From the NCBI GenBank assembly GCA_012295275.1, contig CM022678.1, forward strand, positions 930,001 through 994,000: a DNA stretch of 64,000 bases. Reading direction: 5' to 3'. The notes beneath the pieces are model-generated. The model saw nothing but the letters and a program-made list of their open reading frames with translations, was not told the DNA's origin and made no database searches. A program made the position numbers and the translations under genes. This document shows, piece after piece, positions 38,359 to 51,943 of the stretch; the first letter of the stretch is position 1; each line of letters starts with the position of its first letter. This DNA comes from Chrysomallon squamiferum (lineage: Eukaryota; Animalia; Mollusca).

Positions 38359-41300
38359 CAGTTATATAATTATATCCTTTTTGTGTAGAACAGGAATAAA
38401 ATACGTTTGATACACGTCGACCTGCTGTGAAACAGAGTAAATACATTTTTATAATTCACAACTTCAATACACAATTTCTCAAAATTCTGAGAATTAAATA
38501 TAATTACTAAATGTATTTGCATTTTTTGAAACATGAACAAACTGTTTGTATCTATATTTAGACACATGACAGAATACAGTCTCACCTACATACACTATGT
38601 CTGTGTATGAATATATTTTCGTGAATGTCTGTGTAATGCATGTCTGCATGTATATGTGTCTGCATGTTTGTGTTCTGTGTATGTGCTAAGTGTAGCAACA
38701 GCTATATGTGATTATATGTACACTATGCATTTATGTGCACATTTCAACGTTACTCAGTTCACAGTTCGTGAGAGAAATATACAAATGACTTCTATGTATT
38801 CAGTTATCTATTAAACATGTAGAGTAGAGAACACTTTCAGCATTTAACTTACTGGTTGTGTAGTTATTTCCTATTTGTGTAGAACCGGAATGAGATTTAT
38901 TTATTTGCTGTTCTCCTGCTGTGAAACAGAAAAAATACATTTTTATAATTCATAAATTCAAGGCATAATTTCCAAAACTGCAAAATCCGGAGAATTAGAT
39001 ATAATTACTAAATATATTTCATTGTTTCAAAGAACAAAAAAACTGTTTTTATCTATATTCAGACATATGAGAGAAAACAGATTCAGATTCATAAACTGTG
39101 TCTCTGTCTGAATATATTTGCGTGTATGTCTGTGTAATGCATGTCTGCATGTATATTTGTGTGCGTGAATCTGTTCTTTTTACGTGCTGAGTGATGGTAC
39201 ATGTATGTGTGTTTGTAGGCAACCAATATGTATTTAAGTGCACATTACTACCTTCCTTAGGTCACAGTTTCTTATAGAAAAATACTAATGACTACTGTGT
39301 ATTCTGTTATCTATTAGACAAGTGGTGAAGAGAAAAACGTTCAATTCTTAACTTACAGGATATGTAGTTATTTCCTATGTGTACAGAACCGGAAGGAGAT
39401 ACAACTGAATCCTGTCCTCCTGCTGTGAAACAGAGTAAATATATTTTTGTAATTCACAACTTTAATGCACAAATTGCGAAAATAATTTAAACTTAAAAAT
39501 TCTGAAAATTAAATATAATTACTAAATGTAATAGCATTTCTTCAAACTCAAACAAACTGTTTTTATCTCCATTTAGACCTAAGAGAGAAAACCGTTTCCA
39601 GTGCCTACATTGTCTCTCTTTCTGAATATATTTGCGTGTATGTCGGTGTAATGCATGCCTGCATGTATATCTGTGTGCATGTATGTGTTCTTTGTATGTG
39701 ATAAGTCATGGTAGAGGAATGCGAGTTTATGTATACTGTCACGTTTTAGTCTATATTTAGAGATATGTTAGCATGCAGATTTATATACATACTCTGTGTC
39801 TCTGTCTGAATATATGTGCGTGTATATCTGTGTAATGCATATCTGCATATATATTGTGCGCATGTACTTGTTCTATGAAAGTGCTCAGTGATTGTAGAGT
39901 ATGTACGTCTATTTGTACCCAGTCTATGAATTTATGTTCATATTTATACGTTGCTCAGGTCACAGTTTGTGAGAGACAAATACTGATGACTACTGTGTAT
40001 TCTGTTATCTATTACACATGTAGAGAAGAGAAAACTTTCAAGTTTTAACTTACCGGATTTGTAGATGTCTCTTATTTGTGTAGATCCGGAATGAGACACG
40101 TTTGGTTGCTGTCGTCCTTCTGTGAAGCAGACCAAATACGTTGTTACAACTGACAACTTCAATGCACAGTTTCTTAAAATATTTTAAACTGGTAAATTCG
40201 GACAATTAGATATAATTTTTAAGTACATTAGACTTTTTTGGAACATGAAGAAACTGTTTTAAGCTATATTTAGAGATCTGTCGGCATTCAGATTAATATA
40301 CATACTCTGCATATCTGAAAATATTTGCGAATATGCATGTGTAATGCCTGCCTCCATATATATCGGTTTTGATGTATGTGTTTTTTGTATGTACTAAGTG
40401 ATGGTACAGGTAGGTACGTTTATACATACTCTGTCTATGCATTGATGTGCACGTTTCGACATTGCTCAGACCAAAGTGTGGTATAGAAAAGTACTAATGA
40501 CTACTGTGTTTTCTTTTACCGATTAAACATCACGTGAATAGGAAACTTCAAGCTTTTAACTTACTGGAAACATATTTATCTCCTATTTGAGAAGAACCCC
40601 AATGAGATACATCTGATTGTCCTGCTGTGAAACAGAGTAAATAATTTTTTATAATTCACAACTTTAATTCACAATTTCTCAAAATATTTGAAACTGCAAA
40701 ATTCTAAGAATTAGATTATTTACTCAATGTATTAGTATTTTTTGAAACAGAAAAAAACAATCTGAATATTTGCGTGTGTAGAGGTATATATGTTTGTATG
40801 TTCACATATGTTCACAGTCTGTGCTAGACAAATACTGATGACTACTATATATTCTGTTATCTATTAGACATGTAGAGAAGACAAAACTTTCAGCTTTTTA
40901 CTCACTGGATTCACTGTTATCTCCCATCTGAGTAGTACCGGAGTGAGATACATTTGGTTCCTGTTGTCCTCCTGTGAAACAGAGAAAATACATATTTATA
41001 ATTCAGATCTTCAATGCAGAATTTCTAAAACTATTTTTAACTGTAAAATTCTCAGAAGTAGTCAAAATTACTAAACGTATTAGCATTTTTGAAACATAAA
41101 AAACCTGTTTTTATCCATATCTACAGAAATTTTAGGATGCAGGTTCCCATACATGCATTCTGTCTCTGAATATATTTTCGAGTATATCTGTGTAATGTAT
41201 GACTACATATATATTTGTGTGCATGTATGTGTTCTTTGTATACGCTCAGTGATGGCAGAGATACGTATGTTTATATGTACCCTATCTAAGTATTTATGTG

Positions 41301-44300
41301 CACATTTCTAGGTTGCTCAGATCACGGTTTGTGAGAGGAAAATACTAATGACTGTTATGTATTCTGTTATCTATTAAACATCTAGAGAAGACAAAACTTT
41401 CAATATTTACTTACCGGATTTGTAGTTATCTCCTATTTGTATAGAACCAGAATGAGACAGGTTTAATTCCTGTTTTCCTGCTGTGAAACAAAGTAAATAC
41501 ATTTTCATGATTCACAACTTCAGTGCACAATTTCTGAACTTATTTTAAAGTGCAAAATTCTGGGAAATAGATATAATTATCAAATTTATTAGCCTTTATT
41601 GAAACATACAAACATGTTTAATCTATATTTAGAGATATGTCACCATACAGATTAACATCCATGCACTGTGTCTATAAATATATTTGTGTATATCTGTGTT
41701 TTATATGCCTACATATATATGTATGTAATCTTTATATGTGCTAAGTAATGGTACAGGTAGGTACGTTTATACATACTCTGTCTATGCATTGATGTGCACG
41801 TTTCGACATTGCTCAGATCACAGTGTGGTATAGAAAAGTACTAATGACTGCTGTGTTTTCTTTTACCGATTAAATATGTAGTGACGAGAACACTTTCAGC
41901 TTTTTACTTACTTGATTCATAGTTATCTCCTATATGTGAAGAACCGGAGTGAGATACATTTGATTCCTGTTGTCCTTCTGTGAAAGACAGTAAATACATT
42001 TTTATAATTCGCAACTTCAATTCACAATTTCTAAAAATATGTTTATCTGCAAAATTCTCAAAATAGTCGTAATTACTAAATGTATTAGCATTTCTTGAAA
42101 CATGAAACCCCGTTTTTATCCATATTTAGAGAAATGTTAGAATGCAGGTTACTATACATACACTGTGTCTGAATATATTTGCGTGTTTATCTGAATAATG
42201 CATGACTGCATATATATTTGTGTGCATGTATATTTTCTTTTTATGTGCTCAGTAATGGTAGAGGTATGTATGTTTATGTGTAACCTATCTGTTTTTATGT
42301 GCACATTTCTATGCTGTTCAGGTCATAGTTTGTGAGACAAAAATACTAATGTCTACTTTGTATTCTGATATCTATTAGACATCTAGAGAAGACAAAACTT
42401 TCAGTTTTAACTTACCAGATTTGTAGTTATCTCCTATTTGTATTGATCCGGAATGAGATACGTCTGCTTTCTGTTGTCCTGCTGTAAAACAGAGAAAATA
42501 CATTGTTACATTTAACAACTTTAGCGCAGAATTTCTGAACTTATTTTAAACTGCAAAATTCTGAGAATTAGATATAATAAATAAATGTGTTAGCATTTTT
42601 GGAAATACAAACAAACTGTTTTTATCGATATTTAGACATATGATAGGATACAGTTTCAGACGTCTGCACTGTAACTCTGTGTAATGAATGTCTCCACATA
42701 TATTTGTGTGCATGTACGTGCTCTTTGTATGTGCTAAGTGACGGTAGAGGTATGTATGTTTCCATGTACCCTATCTGTGTATTTATGTGCACATTTCTAC
42801 GTTGGTCAGGTCACAGTGTGGATAGCAAAATACTGAAGACTTCTGTGTTTTCTATTATCTATTAAACTTGAAGTGAAGAGAAAACTTTCAGTTCTTAACT
42901 TACTAGACTTATAGTTATTTCCTACTTGCATACATCTGGAATGAGATCCGTTTGATTGCTGTCGTCCTGCTGTGAAAAACAGTATATACATTTTTATAAT
43001 TGACATCTTCTATGAACAATTTCTGAAAATAGTTTTAACTGCAAGATTATGAGAATTAGATATAATTACTAAAAGTATTAGAATTCTTTGAAACGTAAAG
43101 AAACTGTTTGAATCTATAATCTATATGTCAGCATGCAGATTAACATACAGACAGTGTGTCTCTGACGATATGTGCTGTATGTCTGTGAATGGATGCCTGT
43201 ATATATATTTGTGTGGATGTGTCTCTTGATTATATGTGCTAAGTGATGGTAGAGGTATGTATCTTTATGTGGACCCAGTCTATGTATTGATGTGCCTGTT
43301 TCTACGCTTCTGAGATCACAGTGTGGGATAGAATAACACTAATGACTACTGTGTTTTCTTTTACAGGTTAAACATGTTGTGCATAGGAAACTTCGGGGTT
43401 TTTACTTCCTGGGAAAATAGTTATCTCCTTTTTGAGTAGAACCGGAATGAGAGACGTTTGGCTCCTGTTGTCCTGCTGTGAGACAGAGTAAATACACTTT
43501 TATAATTCACAACTTCAACGCACATCTGTGTAATGCATGCCTGCATAGATATTTGTGTGCATGTTTGTTTTCTTTGTATGTGCTCAGTGACGTAGCGCTT
43601 TATACGTTTATATGCTCCCAATCTATATATTTATGTCAACATTCCTACGTTGCTCAGGTCACAGCTTGTTAGACAAAAATATCAATGACTACTATGTATT
43701 CTGTTTCTATGTATTCTGATAACTTTCAATGTTTAACTTACCGGATTTGTATTTATCTCCTTTTTGTGTAGATCCGGAATGAGATACGTTTGATTGCTGT
43801 CGTCCTGCTATGAAAGAGAGTAAATACATTTTTATGATTCACATCTTCAATACCCAATTTCTGAAAATATTCTTAACTGCAATATTCTCCAGATTCGACA
43901 TAATTACTAAATGTATTGGCATTTCTTGAAACATAAAAGAATAAAATTGAATCTAATTTTGGAGACACTGTGTCTCAATGTATTTGCGTCTGTGTAATTC
44001 AGGCTAGCATATCTATGTGTGTTGATGTATGTGTTCTTTGTATGTACTAAGTGATAATACAGGTATGCTTGTTTATATTACCGTGTCTATGCATTGATAT
44101 GCCTGCTTTACGTTGCTGAGAACAATGTGGGACAGAAAAATGCTAATGACTGTTGTGTTTTCTTTTATCGATTAAACATGTAGAGAAGAGAAAAAAGTTT
44201 GAGCTTTTAACTTACTGTCAGTAGATCCGGAATGAGATACGTTTGATTGTTGTTGTCCTGCTACGAAAGATAGTAAATACATTTTTATAATTCACATCTA

Positions 44301-47300
44301 AAATGCACAGTTTCTGAAAATATTTGAAACTGTAACATTCTGAGAATTAGATATAATTTCAAATGTATTAGCATTTTGTGAAACATAAGAAACCTCTTTT
44401 TCTCTATATCTAGAGATTGATATATATACACAGTGTCTCTCAGTATATTTGCGTCTAGGTTTGTGTAATGCATATATATATATATATGTGTGTGTGCGTG
44501 TGTGTGTGTGTTTGGATATATCTTTTCTTTGTATGTGCTAATTGATGGGAGAGGTATATATGTTTATATCTACTGTGTGAATGCATTTATGTGCACGTTT
44601 CTACGTTGATTAGTTCACAGTGTGGGATAGAAAAAATACTAATGACTAGTCTCTATTCCGTTATCTATTACACATGCAGAGAAGAGAAAACTTCTAAATG
44701 TATTAGTATTTTTCGATACATGAACAACCCTGTTTTTATCGATATTTAGAGATATGTTAGCATACAGATTGACATACTACACTGTGTCTCTCTCTGAATA
44801 TGTTTGTGTGTATATCTGAGTAATGGACGTCTCTATATATATTTGTGTGCACGTATATGTTCTTTGTATGTGCTCAGTGATGTAGAGGTATGTATGTTTA
44901 TATGTACCCTATCTATGATTTCACGTGCACATTTCTACGTTCTTCAGGTTACAGCTTGTGAGAAAATAACACTAATGAATTTGTATTCTGTTATCTATTA
45001 AACATGTATGGTAGAGAAAACTTTCAATGTTTAACTTACCGGATTTGTAGTTCTCTCTTATTTGTGTAGAACCGGAAAGAGATACGTTTGATTGCTGTCG
45101 TCCTGCTGTGGTATAATGTAAACACATTTTAATAATTCACAACTTCAATGCTCAATTTCTGAAAATATTTTAAACTGTAAAGTTATGAGAATTAGATTTA
45201 ATTTCAAATGTATTAGCATTTTGTGAAACATAAGAAACCTCTTTTTCTCTATATCTAGAGATTGACATATATACACAGTGTCTCTCAGTATATTTGCGTC
45301 TAGGTTTGTGTAATGCATATATATATATATGTGTGTGTGTGTTTGGATATATCTTTCTTTGTATGTGCTATTTGATGGGAGAAGTATATATGTTTATATC
45401 TACTGTCTGATTGCATTTATGTGCATGTTTCTACGTTGATCAGATCACAGTGTGAATAGTACAACACTAATGACTACTACGTATTCTTTTATTTATTACA
45501 CATGCAGAGAAGAGAAAACTTTGAATTGTTCATTTACCAGACACGCAGGTATCTCCTATGTTTGTAGAACCGGAATGATATACGTTTGATACCCGTCTTC
45601 CTCCTGTGAAACAGAGTAAATATATTTTTCGAAATTTTCAAATTCAATTCACATATTCTGAAAATATTTTTAAGTGCAAAATTCTCGAATTGGATATAAT
45701 TACCAAAAGTATTATCATTTTTGAACGATAAAGAAACTATTTTTATCTATATTTAGAGATATGTCAGCATGCAGATTAACATACTTACACTATATCTCTG
45801 TCTCAATATATTTGCTTGTTTATGTGTGTAACGCATTTCTGCATATATATTTGATTGGATGTATGTGCTATTTCTTTGTGCTAAGTAATGGTACACGTAT
45901 TTATGTTTATATGGACCCTATCAATACTTATGTGCTCATTTCTACGTTGCCCAGGTCATAGTTGGCGATAGTAAAATACTAATGACTAGTCAGTGTTCTT
46001 TTATTGATTAAACATGTGCTGATGAGAACACTTTCAATTTTTAACTTACGGGTTGTGTAGTTATTTCCTATTTGTGTAGAACCGGAATGAGATTTGTTCA
46101 GTTTCTGTAGACTTGCTGTGAAACAGAGTAAATACATTTTTATAATTCATAAATTCAAGGCAGAATGTCTGAAAATATTTTAAACTGCAAAATTCTGAGA
46201 ATGACATATAATTATTAAACGTATTAGCATTTTTGAATGAGAAAGGAACAGTTTTAATATCTATTTAGAGATATGTCAGCATGTAGAAAGACATACATAC
46301 AGTAAGACTCTGAATATATTTGCGTATATGCCTGCATATCTATGTGTGTGAATATATGTGTTCTTTGTAAGAGCTAACTGATGGTACAGGTAGGTATGTT
46401 TATATTACAGTCTCTATGCATTTATGTGCACGTTACTACGTTGATCCGATCACAGTGTGGGATAGAAAAATACTAATGACTACTGTGTTTTCTTTTATCT
46501 ATTATACATGCAGAGAAGATAAAACTTTGAATTTTTAACTTACACGATATGAAGTTATCTCCTATTTGAGTAAAACCGGAATGAGGTACATTTGATTCCT
46601 GTATTCCTCCTGTGAGACAGAGTAAATACATTTTTACGATTCACAATATCAATGCACATTTATCAAAATATCTTAAACTGGAATATTCTGAGAATTAGGT
46701 ATAATTACTAAAAGTTATTTGCGTTTTTGGAAAGATAAAAATAAACAAATTTCTTCTATATTTAGAGATATGTTAGCATATAGATTAAAATACATACACT
46801 GTGTCTCTGTCTGAATATATGTGCGTGTATATCTGTGCAATGCAATGCATATCTGCATATATATTGTGCGCATGTACTTGTTCTTTGAAAGTGCTCAGTG
46901 ATTGTAGAGTATGTACGTCTATTTGTACCCAATCTATGAATTTATGTTCATATTTATACGTTTCTCAGGTCACAGTTTGTGAGAGACAAATACTGATGAC
47001 TACTGTGTATTCTGTTATCTATTAGACATGTAGAGATGAGAAAACTTTCAAGTTTTAACTTACCGGATTTGTAGTTGTCTCTTATTTGTGTAGATCCGGA
47101 ATGAGATACGTTTGGTTGCTGTCGTCCTTCTGTGAAGCAGACCAAATACGTTGTTACAACTGACAACTTCAATGCACAGTTTCTTAAAATATTTTAAACT
47201 GGTAAATTCGGACAATTAGATATAATTTTTAAGTACATTAGACTTTTTTGAACATGCAGATTAATATACGCACCCTGCGTATCTGAACATATTTGCGTAT

Positions 47301-50300
47301 ATATGTCTGTGTAATGCATGCCTGCATATAGATGTGTTTTGATGTATGTGCTTTTTGTATGTACTAAGTGATGGTACAGGTAGGTATGTTTATATATACT
47401 CTGTCTATGCATTGATGTGCACGTTTCGACATTGCTCAGATCACAGCGTGGTATAGAAAAGTACTAATGACTACTGTGTTTTCTTTTACCGGTTAAACAT
47501 CACGTGAATAGGAAACTTTTAGCTTTTAACTTAATTAATATGTAGTTATCTCCTATTTTAGTAGAACCGGAATGAAATACTTTTGATTGCTGTTGTCCTG
47601 CTGTGAGACAGAGTAAATACATTTTATAATTCACAACTATTGAAAATGTCTCAAGATATTTGAAAGTGCAAAATTCTAAGAATTAGATATAATTATTAAA
47701 TGTATTAGTACTTTTTGAAACAGAAAAAAACCCTGTTTTTTGACAATATTTTGAGATACGTTAGCATGGAGATTGACATATATACACTGTGTCTCTGTCT
47801 GAATATATTTGCGTTTATATCTTAGAAACACATGTATGTGGTTTTTGTTTGGTCTAAGTGATGTAGAGGTGTGTTAGTTTATATGTACCTATCTATGAAT
47901 TTAATTGCACATTTCTACGTTGCTCAGACGAGAGTTTGTGAAAGAATAAGACTAATGACTATTATATATTCTGTTTTCTATTAAACACGTAGAGTAGAGA
48001 AATCTTTCAATGTTACTTACCGGATTTGTATTTATCTCCTTTTTGTGTAGAACCGGAATGAGATACGTTTGATTCCTGTCGTCCTGCTGTGAAACAGAAT
48101 AAATATATTTTTACAATTCACAACTTAAATGTACCATTTCTGAAAATATTTAAAGTTCAAAATTCTGAGAATTAGTCATAACTAGTAAATGTATTAGCAT
48201 TTATTGAACAGTAAAGAAACTGTTTTATTTTATATTCACAGATATGTCAGCAGGTAGATTAACCTACATATACAGTGTGTCTGAATACATTTGCATATAT
48301 GTCTGTGTAATGCATATATATATATATATATGTATGCGTGTGTGTGTGTGTGTGTCGATGTATGTGCTCTTTATAATGTCGTAAGTGATGGTAGAGGTAT
48401 GTATGTTTATATTACCGTTTCTATGCATTGACATTGCTCAGTTCACAGTGAGGAATATAAAAATGCTTATGACTACTATATTTTCTTTTACCGAATAAAC
48501 ATGTACTGAAGTTAAAAATTATCTGCTGTTAACTTACCGGATTTCTTGTTATCTCCTATCTGAGTAGATCCGGAATGAGACAAGTTTGATTCCTGTTGTC
48601 CTGCTGTAAAACAGAGAAAATACATTTTTATAATTCACAACTTCAATGCACAATTTCTGAAAATATTTTAACTGGAAAATTCTCTGAATTCGATATAATT
48701 ATTAAATGAATTAACACTTTTTAAAACATAATAAACCGATTTTTTATCCATATTTAGAAATATATTAGCATGCAGATTGACATACATACACTGTTTCGAA
48801 GTCTGAATATATTTGCGTGTATGTCAGTGTAATGTATGTCTGCATATATATTTTTGTCCATGTACGTGTTCTTCGTATGTGCTCAGAGATGGTAGATGTA
48901 TGTATGTTTATATGTACCCTAACTACGTATTGATGTGCACATATCTACCTTGTTCAGGTCACAGTTGTGAGACAAAAATACTAATGAATACTATGTATTC
49001 TTATATCTATTAGATATGTAGTGAAGAGAAAACTTTCAATTTTTATCTTACCGGATTTGTAGTCGTCTCCTACGTGTTTAGAACCGGAATGAGATGCGTT
49101 TGATTGCTGTCGTCCTCCTATGAAAGATAGTAAATACATTTTCATAAATCACAACTTCAATGCACTATTTTTGACAATATTTTTAACTGCAAAATTCTGA
49201 GAATTAGATATAATTTCTAAATGTATTAGCCTTTTCTTGAAACACAAATAAACCGTTTTCATCTATATTAAAAGATATGTCATCACGCATATAAACATAC
49301 ATACACTGTTTCTCACAATATATATTGCGTATATGTTTGTGTAATGAGTGTCTTCATATATATTTGTGCGCATGTATTTGTTCTTAGTATGTGCTCAGTG
49401 TTGGTATAGGTATGTACGTTTATATGCATCCTATCTATGAATTTATGTTCACATTTCTACGTGGCTCGGGTAACAGTTTGTGAGAGAAAAATACTAATGA
49501 CTATTGTGTATTCTGATATGTGTTAGACATGTAGTGAAGAGAAAACGTTCAGTTTTAACTTACCAGATTTGTAGTTGTCTCCTATTTGTATTGATCCGGA
49601 ATGAGATACGTCTGCTTTCTGTCCTGCTGTAAAACAGAGAAAATACATTGCTACAATTCACAACTTCATTGCACAATTTCTTAAAATATTTTAAACTGTT
49701 AAATTTTGAGAATTAGATATAATTATTAAATGTATTAGATTTTTTTGAAATATGAAGAAAATGTTTTAATATATATTTACAGATATGTCAGCATGTAGAT
49801 TAACATAAATACACTGCGTATCTGAAAATATTTGCGTATGTGTCTGTGTAATTTATTCCTCCATATATATGCTATTGGATGTATCCCTATTTTTCTGTGT
49901 GTGCTAAGTGATTTTAGAGGTATGTATGTTTATCTTACCCTGTCTGTGCATTGATGTGCCTGTTTCTACGCTGGTCTGATCACAGTGTGGTATAGAAAAA
50001 TACTAATGACTACTAGACATCTAGTAAAGAGAACACTTTCAATTTTTAACTTACCGGATTTGTAATTATCTCCTATTTGTGTAGATCCGAATGAGATCCG
50101 TTTGATTGCTGTCGTCCTGCAGTAAAATAAAATAAATACATTGTTACAATTCACAACTTCAGTGCACGATTTCTGAAATGTTTTTTAAACTGCAACATTC
50201 TCAGAATTAGATATAATTACTAAATGTTTTCCATTTTCAGAAACATAAAAACCCTATTTTAATCCATATTTAGAGATATGTTAGCATGCTGTTTGACATA

Positions 50301-51879
50301 TATACACTGTGTCTCTGAATATATTTTCGTGTATAGCCTTGTAATGTATGACTGAAGTTATATCTGTGTGCATGTATGTGTTCTTTGTATGTGCTAAGTG
50401 GTGGTAGAGGTATGCATATTTATATGTACCCTATCTATGTATTTATGAGCTCATTTCTACGTTGATCAGGTCGCAGTTTGTGAGAGAAAAGTACTAATGA
50501 CTACCATGTATTTTGTTATGTATAAGGCAAGTAGAAAAGAGAAAAGTTTAAATTTTCAACTTACCGGATTTGTAGTTATCTCCTATTTGTGTAGCTTCGG
50601 ACTGAGATCCGTTTGATTGCTGTTGACCTGCTGTTATAACAGAGCGCATATATTTTTATAGTTCACAATTCAATGTAAATTTCTGAACATATTTTTAACT
50701 CCAAAATTCTGAGAATTATATATAATTCCTAAATGTAAGAGCATTTTCTGAAACATAAAGAAACAGTTTTAATATATATTTGGAATTACGTCAGGATGCA
50801 GATTAACATACGTGCTCAGTGTCTCTGAATATATTTGGGTGTATGTGTGTGTAACGCATGCTCATTTATATATGCGTGAATGTGTGTGTTAGTTTAGTGT
50901 GTAAAGTGATGGTAGCGGCATGTATGTTTGTATGTACGGTGTTTATGCATTGTGTGCTCGTTTCTACGTCGCTCAGATCACAGTGTGGGATAGAAACATA
51001 CTAATCACTACTGTGTTTGGTTTTACCAATTAAATATGTAGTAACGAGAAAACTTCGAGCTTTTGACTTACTCGATACAAAGCTATGTCCTATTTGAGTA
51101 GAACCGGAATGAGATACATTTGATTCCTGAGGTCCTGCTGTGAAACAGAGTTAATTCATTTTTATAATTCACAAATTCAATACACAATTTCTCAAGATAT
51201 TTTAAACTGCAAGTTTCTCAGCATTACATATAATTATTAAATGTATTAGCATTTTTTTAAATATAAAAATATTGTTTTTATCCATATTTAGAGACATGTT
51301 AGGATGCAGATTGACATACACACATTCTGTCTCTGTCTGAATATATTTACGTGTGTATCTGAGTAATTCATGTCTGCATATATATTTGTGTGCATGTATG
51401 TTTTCTTTGTTTGTTATAAGTGATGGTAGAGGTATGTATGTTTATGTGTACCCTATATATGTATTCGTGAGCACATTTCTACATTGTCCGGGTCACAGTT
51501 TGTGAGATAAGAATACTAATGAATACTACGTTTTCTGTTATGCATTAGACATGTAGAGAAGAGAAAACTGTCAATTTTAACTTACCTGATGTGTAGTTAT
51601 CACCTATTCGTGTAGAACTGGAATGAGATTCGTTTGATTGCCGTTGACCTCCTGTGACACACAGTAAATAAATATTTATATAATTCACAATTTCAGTTCA
51701 CAATTTCTGAAAATATTTTAAACTGCAAAAATCTGAGAATTAGATATAATTATTAAATGTATTAGCATTTTCTGAAAGAAACAAAAACCTTCTGTTATAT
51801 ATTTAGAGATATGTCAGCATTCAGATTAACATGCATACACGCCTATATGTCTGTGTAATGCATGCCTTCATATATATAC

Positions 51880-51943
<64 letters not shown>

